Translations under genes and position numbers: made by a program
Notes under the pieces: generated by a model
The model's database searches: none
What the model was told of the DNA's origin: nothing
What the model saw: the letters and a program-made list of their open reading frames with translations, nothing else
NCBI GenBank assembly: GCA_964574655.1
Contig: CAZNOH010000001.1
Coordinates: 535,020-599,019 of the forward strand
DNA from: an uncultured Candidatus Saccharibacteria bacterium
GTDB lineage: Bacteria; Patescibacteriota; JABMPQ01; JAQVVF01
Direction: 5' to 3'
DNA length: 64,000 nt
Part shown: one piece after another, positions 49,426-58,364 of the stretch
How positions within the stretch are numbered: position 1 is the stretch's first letter
Layout of the letters: each line of letters opens with the position of its first letter

Positions 49426-50850
49426 ATGCTAAAAATATACAATACATTATCAAGAAAAACTGAAGAATTTAAATCGTTGAAAGATAATCAAGTTGGGCTA
49501 TATACATGTGGTCCGACTGTTTATAATTATGCTCATATTGGAAATTTAAGAACTTATGTTTTTGAGGACGTTTTAAAACGTGTTTTAATTTATAATAATT
49601 TTGAAGTAAGGCATGTTATGAATATTACTGATGTTGATGACAAGACAATAAAAGCTGCTAACGGAAATAAAAATGAATTGGCTAAATTGACAAAAGATTA
49701 TGAAAATAAATTTTTTGAAGATTTGGATAAACTAAATATTATCAAGCCTGATGTTGTTACAAATGCCGTAAAATATATTGAAAAAATGGTTTTATTTATT
49801 CAGGAATTAATTGATAAAGACTTTGCCTATAAAACAGAAGATGGATCAGTTTATTTTAAAATTGAGAAATTTAAAGATTATGGAAAATTAGCCAAGCTAG
49901 ATAAATCAGGATTGAAAGTTGGAGCTCGAGTAAATAATGATGATTATGAAAAAGAGAATTTGTCTGATTTTGTTTTGTGGAAAAGTTATGACAGCGATGA
50001 TGGCGAAATTTATTGGGAAACAAAATTAGGAAAAGGCAGACCAGGCTGGCATATTGAATGTTCAACAATGGCGCAAGATATTCTTGGCGATACTTTAGAT
50101 ATTCATGCTGGTGCTGTTGATTTGATTTTTCCTCATCATGAGAATGAAATTGCTCAAGCTGAAAGCAAAACAGGAAAGCCATTTGCAAATTATTTTATTC
50201 ATGGTGAACATCTTTTGGTAGAAGGCAAGAAAATGTCAAAAAGCTTGAATAATTTTTACACGCTAAAAGATATTGTTGGCAAAGGCTTCTCCCCTCTTGA
50301 TTTTCGTTATTTGGTTTTAGGCTGTCATTATCGAACAAAATTGGATTTTAGTTTTGATAATTTGAAATCAGCTCAGAATGCTTTGAATAAACTTTATGAG
50401 AGAATTAGAGATTTTAAAGATTCAGGCGAAATTTCTGAAGAATTTAAGGTTAAATTTTTAGAAGCAATTAATAATGATTTAGACATGCCAAAAGCATTGG
50501 CTGTTGTTTGGGAAATGCTGAAGTCTGATTTAGATGATGGAATTAAAAAAGCAACACTAGAGGATTTCGATAAAGTACTTGGACTTGGATTATCTTACGT
50601 AGAAGTTGAAGGACCTGAAGGGTCTGAACAGCTTTTGACAAAGATTGATGAATTACGATCAGACAAAAAATTTAAGGAATCGGATAACTTAGCTAGGAAA
50701 ATTGAAGAACATGGTATTGAGCTTGAGGATTCTCGTACTGGAACGAAAATAAAGATTGCTGGAGGCAATAAAGTAAAATTTGGTGACGGAGTAAAAATAG
50801 TAATTGGAAAAAATGTTAAGATAAATTTTCCTGACAAAAAAGATAATTAG
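49426..50850 (+). CDS. cysS: Cysteine--tRNA ligase
   Basis: CGPTVY, HIGN, GRPGWHIEC, FPHHENE, KMSKS. Confidence 0.97.
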   Translation: MLKIYNTLSRKTEEFKSLKDNQVGLYTCGPTVYNYAHIGNLRTYVFEDVLKRVLIYNNFEVRHVMNITDVDDKTIKAANGNKNELAKLTKDYENKFFEDLDKLNIIKPDVVTNAVKYIEKMVLFIQELIDKDFAYKTEDGSVYFKIEKFKDYGKLAKLDKSGLKVGARVNNDDYEKENLSDFVLWKSYDSDDGEIYWETKLGKGRPGWHIECSTMAQDILGDTLDIHAGAVDLIFPHHENEIAQAESKTGKPFANYFIHGEHLLVEGKKMSKSLNNFYTLKDIVGKGFSPLDFRYLVLGCHYRTKLDFSFDNLKSAQNALNKLYERIRDFKDSGEISEEFKVKFLEAINNDLDMPKALAVVWEMLKSDLDDGIKKATLEDFDKVLGLGLSYVEVEGPEGSEQLLTKIDELRSDKKFKESDNLARKIEEHGIELEDSRTGTKIKIAGGNKVKFGDGVKIVIGKNVKINFPDKKDN

Positions 50851-51014
50851 TGTTTTTTAACTATTTGTTCTTGTCTAGCGTACAAATTATCATTAATATC
50901 TTGAAAGTTAATTTTAAAAGAGCTCGCATACACAGCTCTTTTATATTATCCTCAGCCTTGAGGATTGTTTTTTTATGTTAAAATGATATATTGATATGAC
51001 TACTAAAATTTGTC

Positions 51015-52367
51015 ATGGAAAACCAAAGCGAAAATTTTGAAAAATTACCGCCGAGAAATAAGGAAGCTGAACAATCAGTGTTGGGCTCTCTTTTGATTGA
51101 TAAAGATGCAATTATTAAAGTATCTGATTTTTTGCGATCAGAAGATTTTTATGAAGAAAAAAATAGCATTATCTTTTCTTCAATGCTGGAATTATACGAA
51201 AAGCGCGAGCCAATTGATGTCGTAAGCTTGGCTAATTCTTTGACTGACAAAGACCATTTGGATTTAATCGGCGGACGAAGTTATTTAGTTTCATTGGCTA
51301 ATATAGTACCAACTGCTGGAAATATTATTCATTATGCTAAGATTGTTCAGAAAAAATCGACTTTAAGAAAACTAATTTCTACGGCTGGCGATATATCAAG
51401 ATTAGGATATCAAGAAGGAAAAGATATTGAAAAATTGTTAGATGAAGCTGAGCAAAAATTGTTTGGCATTTCACAAAAATATTTAAAGCAAAATTTTATT
51501 GTTATTAAAGATGTTCTAACTGATGCTTTTGAAAGAATTGATGAATTGCACAGAGATGGCAGTAAACTTCGAGGAATTCCAACTGGCTTTCCTGCTTTAG
51601 ATAATGTTTTGGCTGGTTTCCAAAAATCTGATTTGATAATTTTAGCAGCTAGGCCATCTATGGGTAAAACATCTTTAGCGCTAGACTTTGCAAAAAATAT
51701 CGCAAAGCAAAAAATACCTGTTGGCATATTCAGCCTGGAAATGTCTAAAGAACAGCTAGTTGACAGAATCCTTTGCTCAGAAGCAAATGTTGACTTGTGG
51801 CGAATGAGAACAGGAAAATTGTCGGACCGCGAAGAGGATGATGACTTTCCGAGAATCGGTCATGCCATGGGCGTTCTTTCAGAGGCTCCAATATATATTG
51901 ATGACTCCCCTTCTTCAAACATCATGGAGATGAGAACAAAAGCGCGAAGATTACATTCTGAACATGGCTTAGGTTTTTTGGTTGTTGACTATTTGCAATT
52001 GATGGAAGGCCGTTCAACAGAAAATAGAGTGCAGGAAGTTTCAGAAATATCACGCGCATTAAAAGGAATTGCTCGCGAGCTTAATATTCCTGTTTTAGCT
52101 TTATCTCAGTTGTCACGTGCAGTAGAAAATAGATCTCCCCAGATTCCTCAATTGTCGGATTTAAGAGAAAGTGGTAGCATAGAACAGGATGCGGACGTGG
52201 TAATGTTTATCTATCGCGAAGAGGTTTATAAAAAAGATACGGAGAAAAAGAATATAGCAGAAATTCATATTAAAAAGCAACGAAATGGACCGACTGGTGT
52301 TATTGAATTGTTTTTTGAACAAAATGTTGCAAGCTTCCGTAATTTGGAAAAAAGAAGAGAAATTTAA
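51015..52367 (+). CDS. dnaB: Replicative DNA helicase
   Basis: AARPSMGKT, VDYLQL, LSQLSR, DLRESGSIEQDAD. Confidence 0.98.
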   Translation: MENQSENFEKLPPRNKEAEQSVLGSLLIDKDAIIKVSDFLRSEDFYEEKNSIIFSSMLELYEKREPIDVVSLANSLTDKDHLDLIGGRSYLVSLANIVPTAGNIIHYAKIVQKKSTLRKLISTAGDISRLGYQEGKDIEKLLDEAEQKLFGISQKYLKQNFIVIKDVLTDAFERIDELHRDGSKLRGIPTGFPALDNVLAGFQKSDLIILAARPSMGKTSLALDFAKNIAKQKIPVGIFSLEMSKEQLVDRILCSEANVDLWRMRTGKLSDREEDDDFPRIGHAMGVLSEAPIYIDDSPSSNIMEMRTKARRLHSEHGLGFLVVDYLQLMEGRSTENRVQEVSEISRALKGIARELNIPVLALSQLSRAVENRSPQIPQLSDLRESGSIEQDADVVMFIYREEVYKKDTEKKNIAEIHIKKQRNGPTGVIELFFEQNVASFRNLEKRREI

Positions 52368-52376
52368 AAAATTGCT

Positions 52377-52466
52377 AATTACCAAGAAACAAGAAACAAA
52401 CAAATTAAAAATTAAAATATTCAATAACCAAACTTGACGAGTTTGAATATTATAATTTGGTTATTA
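52377..52466. repeat. 7-nt-periodic hairpin, partial copy of the 9649 element
   Basis: aattaccaagaaacaagaaacaaacaaatta...atattcaataaccaaacttgacgagtttg. Confidence 0.75.
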
Positions 52467-52499
52467 AATATTGTTTTAATCAATTATTAAACTAAAAAC

Positions 52500-52793
52500 A
52501 TGTTCGAACAATTAAAAAATTTGGCAAGTTTAAGAAAGCAAGCTAGTGAAATGAAAAAACAATTAGAATCTGAATTAATCACTGGCGAGGCATTAAATGG
52601 TCAAGTAAAAATTTCGATGGATGGCAGTCAGCAAATTAAGGAAGTTTTTATTGATGAATCATTATTGGTGTCTGGAAATCAAGACAAATTACAGAATGCA
52701 ATTAAAGATGCTTTTTCAAAAGCTAATAAAGAGTTGCAGATGATGATGGTTAGAAAAATGCAAGCTGGTGAAATCCAAATGCCGCAATTATAA
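52500..52793 (+). CDS. ybaB: YbaB/EbfC nucleoid-associated protein
   Basis: Size, GQVKISMDGSQQI motif, directly upstream of recR. Confidence 0.88.
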   Translation: MFEQLKNLASLRKQASEMKKQLESELITGEALNGQVKISMDGSQQIKEVFIDESLLVSGNQDKLQNAIKDAFSKANKELQMMMVRKMQAGEIQMPQL

Positions 52794-52899
52794 ATATGAT
52801 GCCAATATGCGAATCTTATGCCAATTATGCTAATTGCTAATGCTATTATTCGCAATTTGTAGATTGGCATAAAATTAGTAGATTTGCATCATTTTTTTT

Positions 52900-53502
52900 A
52901 TGAATATTTTACCAATTCCCCTACAAAATTTAATTATAGAATTCTCAAAACTTCCTGGAATAGGTCCAAAAACTGCTTCTAGGTTGTCTTTTTATTTGTT
53001 AAAATCAAAATCTGTTGATGTTGAGGCTTTTGCCAGAGCTTTGTTTGAACTTAAAAAAACAGTAACTTTTTGTTTAAATTGCTATAATCTGACTGAAAAA
53101 AATCCTTGTCCAGTATGTTCTGATATGAGGCGAGATAAATCATTGATTTGCATTGTTGAAGAACCAATGGATATTGTTGCTATAAATTCTTCTGGTGAGT
53201 TTAATGGACTTTATCATGTTTTGCATGGTTCGATTTCTCCGATAAATAATGTTGGACCAGAAGATCTTAAAATAAATGAATTATTAGGACGCTTAAAACA
53301 AGATTCTGGAATTAAAGAAATTATATTGGCAACTAATCCAAACTTAGAAGGCGAGGCTACAGCAATGTATATTGCAAAATTAATTAAGCCTCTGGGCATA
53401 AAAACAACAAGAATTGCTCGCGGTCTTCCTTCTGGCGGAGATTTGGAATATGCTGATGAAGTAACATTAAGCAATGCAATGAAAGGCCGGAAAGAATACT
53501 AA
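52900..53502 (+). CDS. recR: Recombination mediator RecR
   Basis: LPGIGPKTA HhH, C4 zinc finger, Toprim EGEATA, LEYADEVTL. Confidence 0.97.
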   Translation: MNILPIPLQNLIIEFSKLPGIGPKTASRLSFYLLKSKSVDVEAFARALFELKKTVTFCLNCYNLTEKNPCPVCSDMRRDKSLICIVEEPMDIVAINSSGEFNGLYHVLHGSISPINNVGPEDLKINELLGRLKQDSGIKEIILATNPNLEGEATAMYIAKLIKPLGIKTTRIARGLPSGGDLEYADEVTLSNAMKGRKEY

Positions 53503-53622
53503 AGATATATATAAAGCCGAAAGGCTTTTTTTGTCAGGTTTGACTTTAAATTATAAATTTGCTAAATTAGATAATTGCACATTATATTTCACCTGCCGAG
53601 AACGGCAGGATTGGAGGTTAAA

Positions 53623-54189
53623 GTGAAACAGCCACTGATATTGAGAGTAGCGAAACAGCCATTGGAATGGGAGACAGGAGCTGTTTTTGAAGAATATCCG
53701 ATTGGCACAATGATCAGATTGCCGATAACAAAGCGATTTGGTCCTTTTTGGCTATTCAAGTATCATACTGATGTTACTGCAAAAGTTGTTGCTCAAGATG
53801 CTGAAATCGTGAAGAGAAAAAGCAATGGAAAAACAATTCCCTTTTTTCATAGTGTTGCGGAATTGTATATTGCACCATATGGCAAACGATGCTTGTTGGG
53901 AGTATTGGATAAGTTTATGATGGACGGATTTGCTGAAGTTCTTTCTGTACCAGATTGCGAGATGCATGATGAAGATGGGAAAAAAGTCTTCACGGAGCTT
54001 GCAGTTGGAGATTCTGTCAGAGCATACAGAGAAGACACTCGCATAGAAGGAAAGATTATTGCTATAACTGGATTGAATGTATATACAATTTCTGATCTTC
54101 GCGATCCAGACTGGACTCATTACCTTAATGTTTCGCTGAGAGATTTGCTTTGGTACAAGAGAGAGCCGAATAAGGGGCAACTGGTTTGA
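53623..54189 (+). CDS. Orphan hypothetical protein
   Basis: TTGACT(53540)-17-TAAATT; hairpin CCTGCCG..CGGCAGG; GGAGG before GTG at 53623; terminator near 54205. Confidence 0.65.
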   Translation: MKQPLILRVAKQPLEWETGAVFEEYPIGTMIRLPITKRFGPFWLFKYHTDVTAKVVAQDAEIVKRKSNGKTIPFFHSVAELYIAPYGKRCLLGVLDKFMMDGFAEVLSVPDCEMHDEDGKKVFTELAVGDSVRAYREDTRIEGKIIAITGLNVYTISDLRDPDWTHYLNVSLRDLLWYKREPNKGQLV

Positions 54190-54274
54190 TTATCGTTCTT
54201 TTTTAGACATGAATTCATGTCTTTTTTTAATACAAAAAAAGACTGCATATCTTTGCAGTCTTTTAAAATATTAT

Positions 54275-54589
54275 TTAGGAAATTTTTGTGATTTTTACTT
54301 CAGTATATACTGGTCTGAAACCAACTGTTCTTTTGTATCTTTTTTTAGCCTTATATTTGACTGTTAGAACCTTGTCGCCTTTTACTTCTCCTCTTAGAAC
54401 TTCAGCTTCTACTTTTGTTCCAGAAATTCTTGGCGCGCCAATCTTAGTTGCTTTTTCATCTATGAACAAAAGCACTTCTTTAAACTCTATTGTCTTCTTT
54501 GGATCCATAATTTTGTCAATCAAAATAATGTCACCTTCAGAGACCTTGTATTGCTTACCGCCTGTTTTTATAATTGCAAATTTTGTCAT
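54275..54589 (-). CDS. rplU: 50S ribosomal protein L21
   Basis: FAIIKTGGKQYKVSEGD, KYKAKKRY. Confidence 0.96.
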   Translation of the reverse strand: MTKFAIIKTGGKQYKVSEGDIILIDKIMDPKKTIEFKEVLLFIDEKATKIGAPRISGTKVEAEVLRGEVKGDKVLTVKYKAKKRYKRTVGFRPVYTEVKITKIS

Positions 54590-54806
54590 ATAAGTAAGTA
54601 TATGCTTGTTTTATGTTTTGGTCAAGTCTTTTCGTATTGACTTAATTTTATGTTTGTTGTTTGATTGTTAGAATATTTTTCGCTAGTAATTTGATAATAA
54701 AATAATTGAGTAACTACTTTTTGTTATCCCCAAAAAAATTATTTTGTGAAGTTATAAAAAATCTGGTAGACTGAAATTGGGTAGCTAAGTGTCGGAGGGA
54801 AACAAC

Positions 54807-55208
54807 ATGCCAGCCAGAAAAGTCACCGAGAAGTCTGCTAGTAGCCAGGATCCTGGCAGTAAAAACGCAGGCTGCACTGACAAAAAAACGATGGTGCTGT
54901 TGATGGAGTGTGACGCGCAGAAATGTAGAGCCCTTTGTAAAGCATTGGAAGATGCGGGATTCGGTATTTTTGTTTGTAACGATTTGAGTTCCTGCATTCA
55001 CACAATTAGAGTTGGTTACGAAATTGGATTTGCTCTGATTGCTCCAACTATTGAAGGTCGCAATGGATACATGTTAACAGTTAGGAAGTTTTGCGCAGAA
55101 CAGAAAATCCCTCTTGAAGAAATTGATGACTATACTGTTGGCAAAATCAAAAGACACGGCATTCATTTCCAACAGCAAATTGCTCCACCGCAAATTATCA
55201 CACAATAG
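54807..55208 (+). CDS. Orphan protein with degenerate receiver-like pattern
   Basis: GGAGGG before ATG at 54807; VLLMECD..ALEDAGFGIFVC. Confidence 0.55.
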   Translation: MPARKVTEKSASSQDPGSKNAGCTDKKTMVLLMECDAQKCRALCKALEDAGFGIFVCNDLSSCIHTIRVGYEIGFALIAPTIEGRNGYMLTVRKFCAEQKIPLEEIDDYTVGKIKRHGIHFQQQIAPPQIITQ

Positions 55209-55224
55209 ATTGCTCATTAACAGA

Positions 55225-56328
55225 CTATCCAGTCTGTTTTTTTTTGTAAAAAATTACTAGTAATATCGCAAGAATAGCCATCAATCCGATAAGGATAATG
55301 AAAGCTAGTATCTTTTCCTTTCCCTGAATAAATAGCGCAAAAAGCCCAAATAATGCCGAAATTGACCATAAGAAGATAACAGCACTCCGTTGCGAGAATC
55401 CTAAATCATAAAGACGAAAATGGAGATGCTGGCGATCAGCTTGAAAAGGAGATTTATGTTTAAATATTCTTCTCAAAATTACCCAGATTACATCAAGAAT
55501 TGGAATACCCATAATTAATAATGCTGTTGCTATTTTTCCGCCAGAAATTATGGCTAAAGCTCCTAGCATAAAACCGATAAAAGTACTGCCACCTTCTCCT
55601 AAAAATATTTTGGCAGGATGAAAATTAAAAATTAAAAATCCTAAAGATGCACCAGCTAAAATTATGCAAAGCAAGGCAGTTTCTGGTTGCATAACTTTTG
55701 TGCTTAAGCTTAAGAAAAATAAAATTATAGATGCAATTACTGATATTCCAGGAACAAGTCCGTCCATGCCATCTAAAAACTTTGTGGTATAGATCATGCC
55801 TAACAGCCAAATCATGGTGAAGATATCGGCAAAAACTGTAAAAAAGTAAGGAATATTATTAATCGTAAAAAGTCTGATTCTTATTTCATCTAAATTGATT
55901 GTATTACCAATTGGATTGCTGATAAAAGTAATACCAATGCCGGAAATTATAACAACAAGACAAGAAATAATTGGAAAAATAAATTGTTGTTTTGGACTTA
56001 AATTGTATTTGTCATCTATGATACCGCCAATAATTAAAATAAGTCCGCCAAGCGCTAAACCTAAAATATATTTTGGAAGCATATAACCGCTAAAGAAATC
56101 GCGATCAATTAAAATAAAATATCCTAGAGTAATAAAAAAGCCGATAAAAACGGCTAAACCTCCCATGAGCGGGATATTACTTTTGTGAATTTTTCTTTCC
56201 TTATTCGGGCGATCTACTATCTGGTATTGTAATGCTAATTTCCTGATTAAATATGTGAATAATAAAGTTATCAAAAAAGCCAAAGCAAAGGCTAAAATAA
56301 AATTAAATTTGGTGAATAAAATCTCCAT
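55225..56328 (-). CDS. WecA/TagO-like undecaprenyl-phosphate GlcNAc-1-phosphate transferase
   Basis: PLMGG, GIIDD, LDGMDGL, NFHPAKIFLGEGG, DRQHLH. Confidence 0.92.
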   Translation of the reverse strand: MEILFTKFNFILAFALAFLITLLFTYLIRKLALQYQIVDRPNKERKIHKSNIPLMGGLAVFIGFFITLGYFILIDRDFFSGYMLPKYILGLALGGLILIIGGIIDDKYNLSPKQQFIFPIISCLVVIISGIGITFISNPIGNTINLDEIRIRLFTINNIPYFFTVFADIFTMIWLLGMIYTTKFLDGMDGLVPGISVIASIILFFLSLSTKVMQPETALLCIILAGASLGFLIFNFHPAKIFLGEGGSTFIGFMLGALAIISGGKIATALLIMGIPILDVIWVILRRIFKHKSPFQADRQHLHFRLYDLGFSQRSAVIFLWSISALFGLFALFIQGKEKILAFIILIGLMAILAILLVIFYKKKQTG

Positions 56329-57119
56329 TAATCAAGACTTACTTGTTTGACTTTTATTTTTTGATCTAATATCTTTTCCGAGAATTCTTGAAATTTGAAT
56401 GGAATGTCACTGACAAAAAATTTGTGCTTTTTACTTTTTACTAATCTTTTTTCAATTACTGGATGATTTTTTAAGAATAAATCAACTTCTTTTGCCACTT
56501 CTTCTCCTGGATCAATGATATTAATTTTTCTTTTGATCGCCTTTTTAATTGCTTCTTTTGCTAAAGGATAATGAGTGCAAGCTAAAACTAGAGTATCAAT
56601 TTTTTCTTTTCTAAAAGGCTTTAGATAAAACTTCACAATCTTTTTAGTTTCTGAACGATTGATCCAGTCCTCCTCAACTAAAGGCACAATCAATGGACAA
56701 GCCTCGGTATAAACTTTGATATCTTTGTTTAATTTCTTTAAATAGTTTTCATGGACCTGGCTTGCAATTGTCGCCCTTGTTCCGATAATGCCGACTTTCT
56801 TGTTTTTTGTTATTCTCTCTGCTTTGATTAAACCTGCTTTAACAACATCAAAAATTGGAGTTCCTGGAAACTTTTCACGCAATTCTTTTGAAGCAACTGC
56901 TGAAGCAGTATGGCAGGCAATAACAATTATCTTCGCGCCATTTCGCAATAAAAATTTTGTATCCTGGATAGCATACTTAATAATCGTTTCTTTGCTTTTG
57001 TTGCCATAAGGAGTCCTGGCAGTATCACCAAAATAAATAATTTGATATTCTGGTAGCTTTTTTATAATTTGGCGAGCAACTGTCAGTCCGCCGATGCCGG
57101 AATCGAAAATACCTATCAT
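56328..57119 (-). CDS. murI: Glutamate racemase
   Basis: FDSGIGGLTV, PYG, ACHTAS, LACTHYP. Confidence 0.96.
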   Translation of the reverse strand: MIGIFDSGIGGLTVARQIIKKLPEYQIIYFGDTARTPYGNKSKETIIKYAIQDTKFLLRNGAKIIVIACHTASAVASKELREKFPGTPIFDVVKAGLIKAERITKNKKVGIIGTRATIASQVHENYLKKLNKDIKVYTEACPLIVPLVEEDWINRSETKKIVKFYLKPFRKEKIDTLVLACTHYPLAKEAIKKAIKRKINIIDPGEEVAKEVDLFLKNHPVIEKRLVKSKKHKFFVSDIPFKFQEFSEKILDQKIKVKQVSLD

Positions 57120-57122
57120 AGT

Positions 57123-57212
57123 TTAATTTTAAATTTTGAATTTAAAATTTTAAATTAATTTCGAAATTAGAATTTTAAAATTTATTTGAAATTTATAATT
57201 TAAAATTAGAGA
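57123..57212. repeat. 7-nt-periodic hairpin (ATTTTAA / TTTAAAA)
   Basis: ttttaaa ttttgaa tttaaaa ... tttgaaa tttataa tttaaaa. Confidence 0.6.
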
Positions 57213-58364
57213 TTATTCAACGACTACTCTTTTAATCAGCGGATTAATGCGTGTCACAATTTCATAATTAATTGTATTGATCTTTTTGGCAATTTCATCA
57301 GCTGTAATATATTCTTTGCCTTGCGTTCCTAATAAAACAACTTCATCTTCAGGCTTAATATTTTTAATGTGACTAACATCTACCACAATCATATTCATAC
57401 AAATACGGCCTAATATTTTGCATCTTCTGCCTTTTATTAAAACATTTCCAATACTTGATAATTTGCGATCAAAGCCATCATTATAACCAATTGGCAAAAT
57501 GGCGATTGTCGAATCTTTATGCAAAGTTTCTGTTAGTCCATAGCTAATTGGTGTTCCTGATTTAAGATTTTTAACTTGAGCGACAATTGTCTTCCAAGAT
57601 AATACAGGCTTGAGATCTAAATTAATCTTTTTGTGAGAAGCTGAAACTTTTGTTTCGCTAGATGACCAGAGACCATACATACTAATCCCAAGTCTTACTA
57701 AATCAAAATGTGTTTCTTGAAATAGTATGGTGGCAGCAGAACAAGCCGTGTGTTTTATTTCAATTTTTTGGCCATATTCTTTTTCTGCGATATTTATTAA
57801 TTGCTTAAAATTATTTAATTGTTTTTCAGCATAAGAATGATCAGTCGTATCTTCGATATTCGCAAAATGAGTAGATGCACCTTCTAAAACTAAATAAGGA
57901 TATTTCTTTATTAACTTTATAATTTTTGATAAATCTTTTTCTAGAACTCCTTGCCTTGATGTACCAGTTTCAAGTTTTATATGCAGATATGCTTTCTTTT
58001 TTAGCTTTGAAGAAAGCTCGCCAAGTTTTTTTATTGTCTCTAAATTATAAACTATTTGTCTAAATTCGTTCTTAACTACTTCAGCTAAACGGCTATAAAC
58101 AGTATATCCTAATATAATAATTTGTTTCTTTGTTTTTTTGCTTTCTTGCTTTATTGCGATTGCTTCATCAATTGAATCAACGCCAAACCAGTCAGCTTCA
58201 GAATTTTCTAAAATTTGGGCAGTTTCTAAAAGACCATGGCCATAGGCATTTGATTTAATTATGGCCGCTAGCTTTTTTTCTTGGCCAATTATTTTTCTGA
58301 ATTGCTTTAGATTAAAAATTAAAGCGCTCTGGCTTATTTCAACCCAGGTTTTGTGATTGATCAT
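57213..58364 (-). CDS. alr: Alanine racemase
   Basis: IKSNAYGHG, VRLGISMYG, GYNDG, GRICMN. Confidence 0.96.
   Translation of the reverse strand: MINHKTWVEISQSALIFNLKQFRKIIGQEKKLAAIIKSNAYGHGLLETAQILENSEADWFGVDSIDEAIAIKQESKKTKKQIIILGYTVYSRLAEVVKNEFRQIVYNLETIKKLGELSSKLKKKAYLHIKLETGTSRQGVLEKDLSKIIKLIKKYPYLVLEGASTHFANIEDTTDHSYAEKQLNNFKQLINIAEKEYGQKIEIKHTACSAATILFQETHFDLVRLGISMYGLWSSSETKVSASHKKINLDLKPVLSWKTIVAQVKNLKSGTPISYGLTETLHKDSTIAILPIGYNDGFDRKLSSIGNVLIKGRRCKILGRICMNMIVVDVSHIKNIKPEDEVVLLGTQGKEYITADEIAKKINTINYEIVTRINPLIKRVVVE

Noticed and set aside
54275-54589. rplU without adjacent rpmA; dnaX separated from ybaB-recR
   Set aside because: Operon splitting is ordinary in reduced genomes
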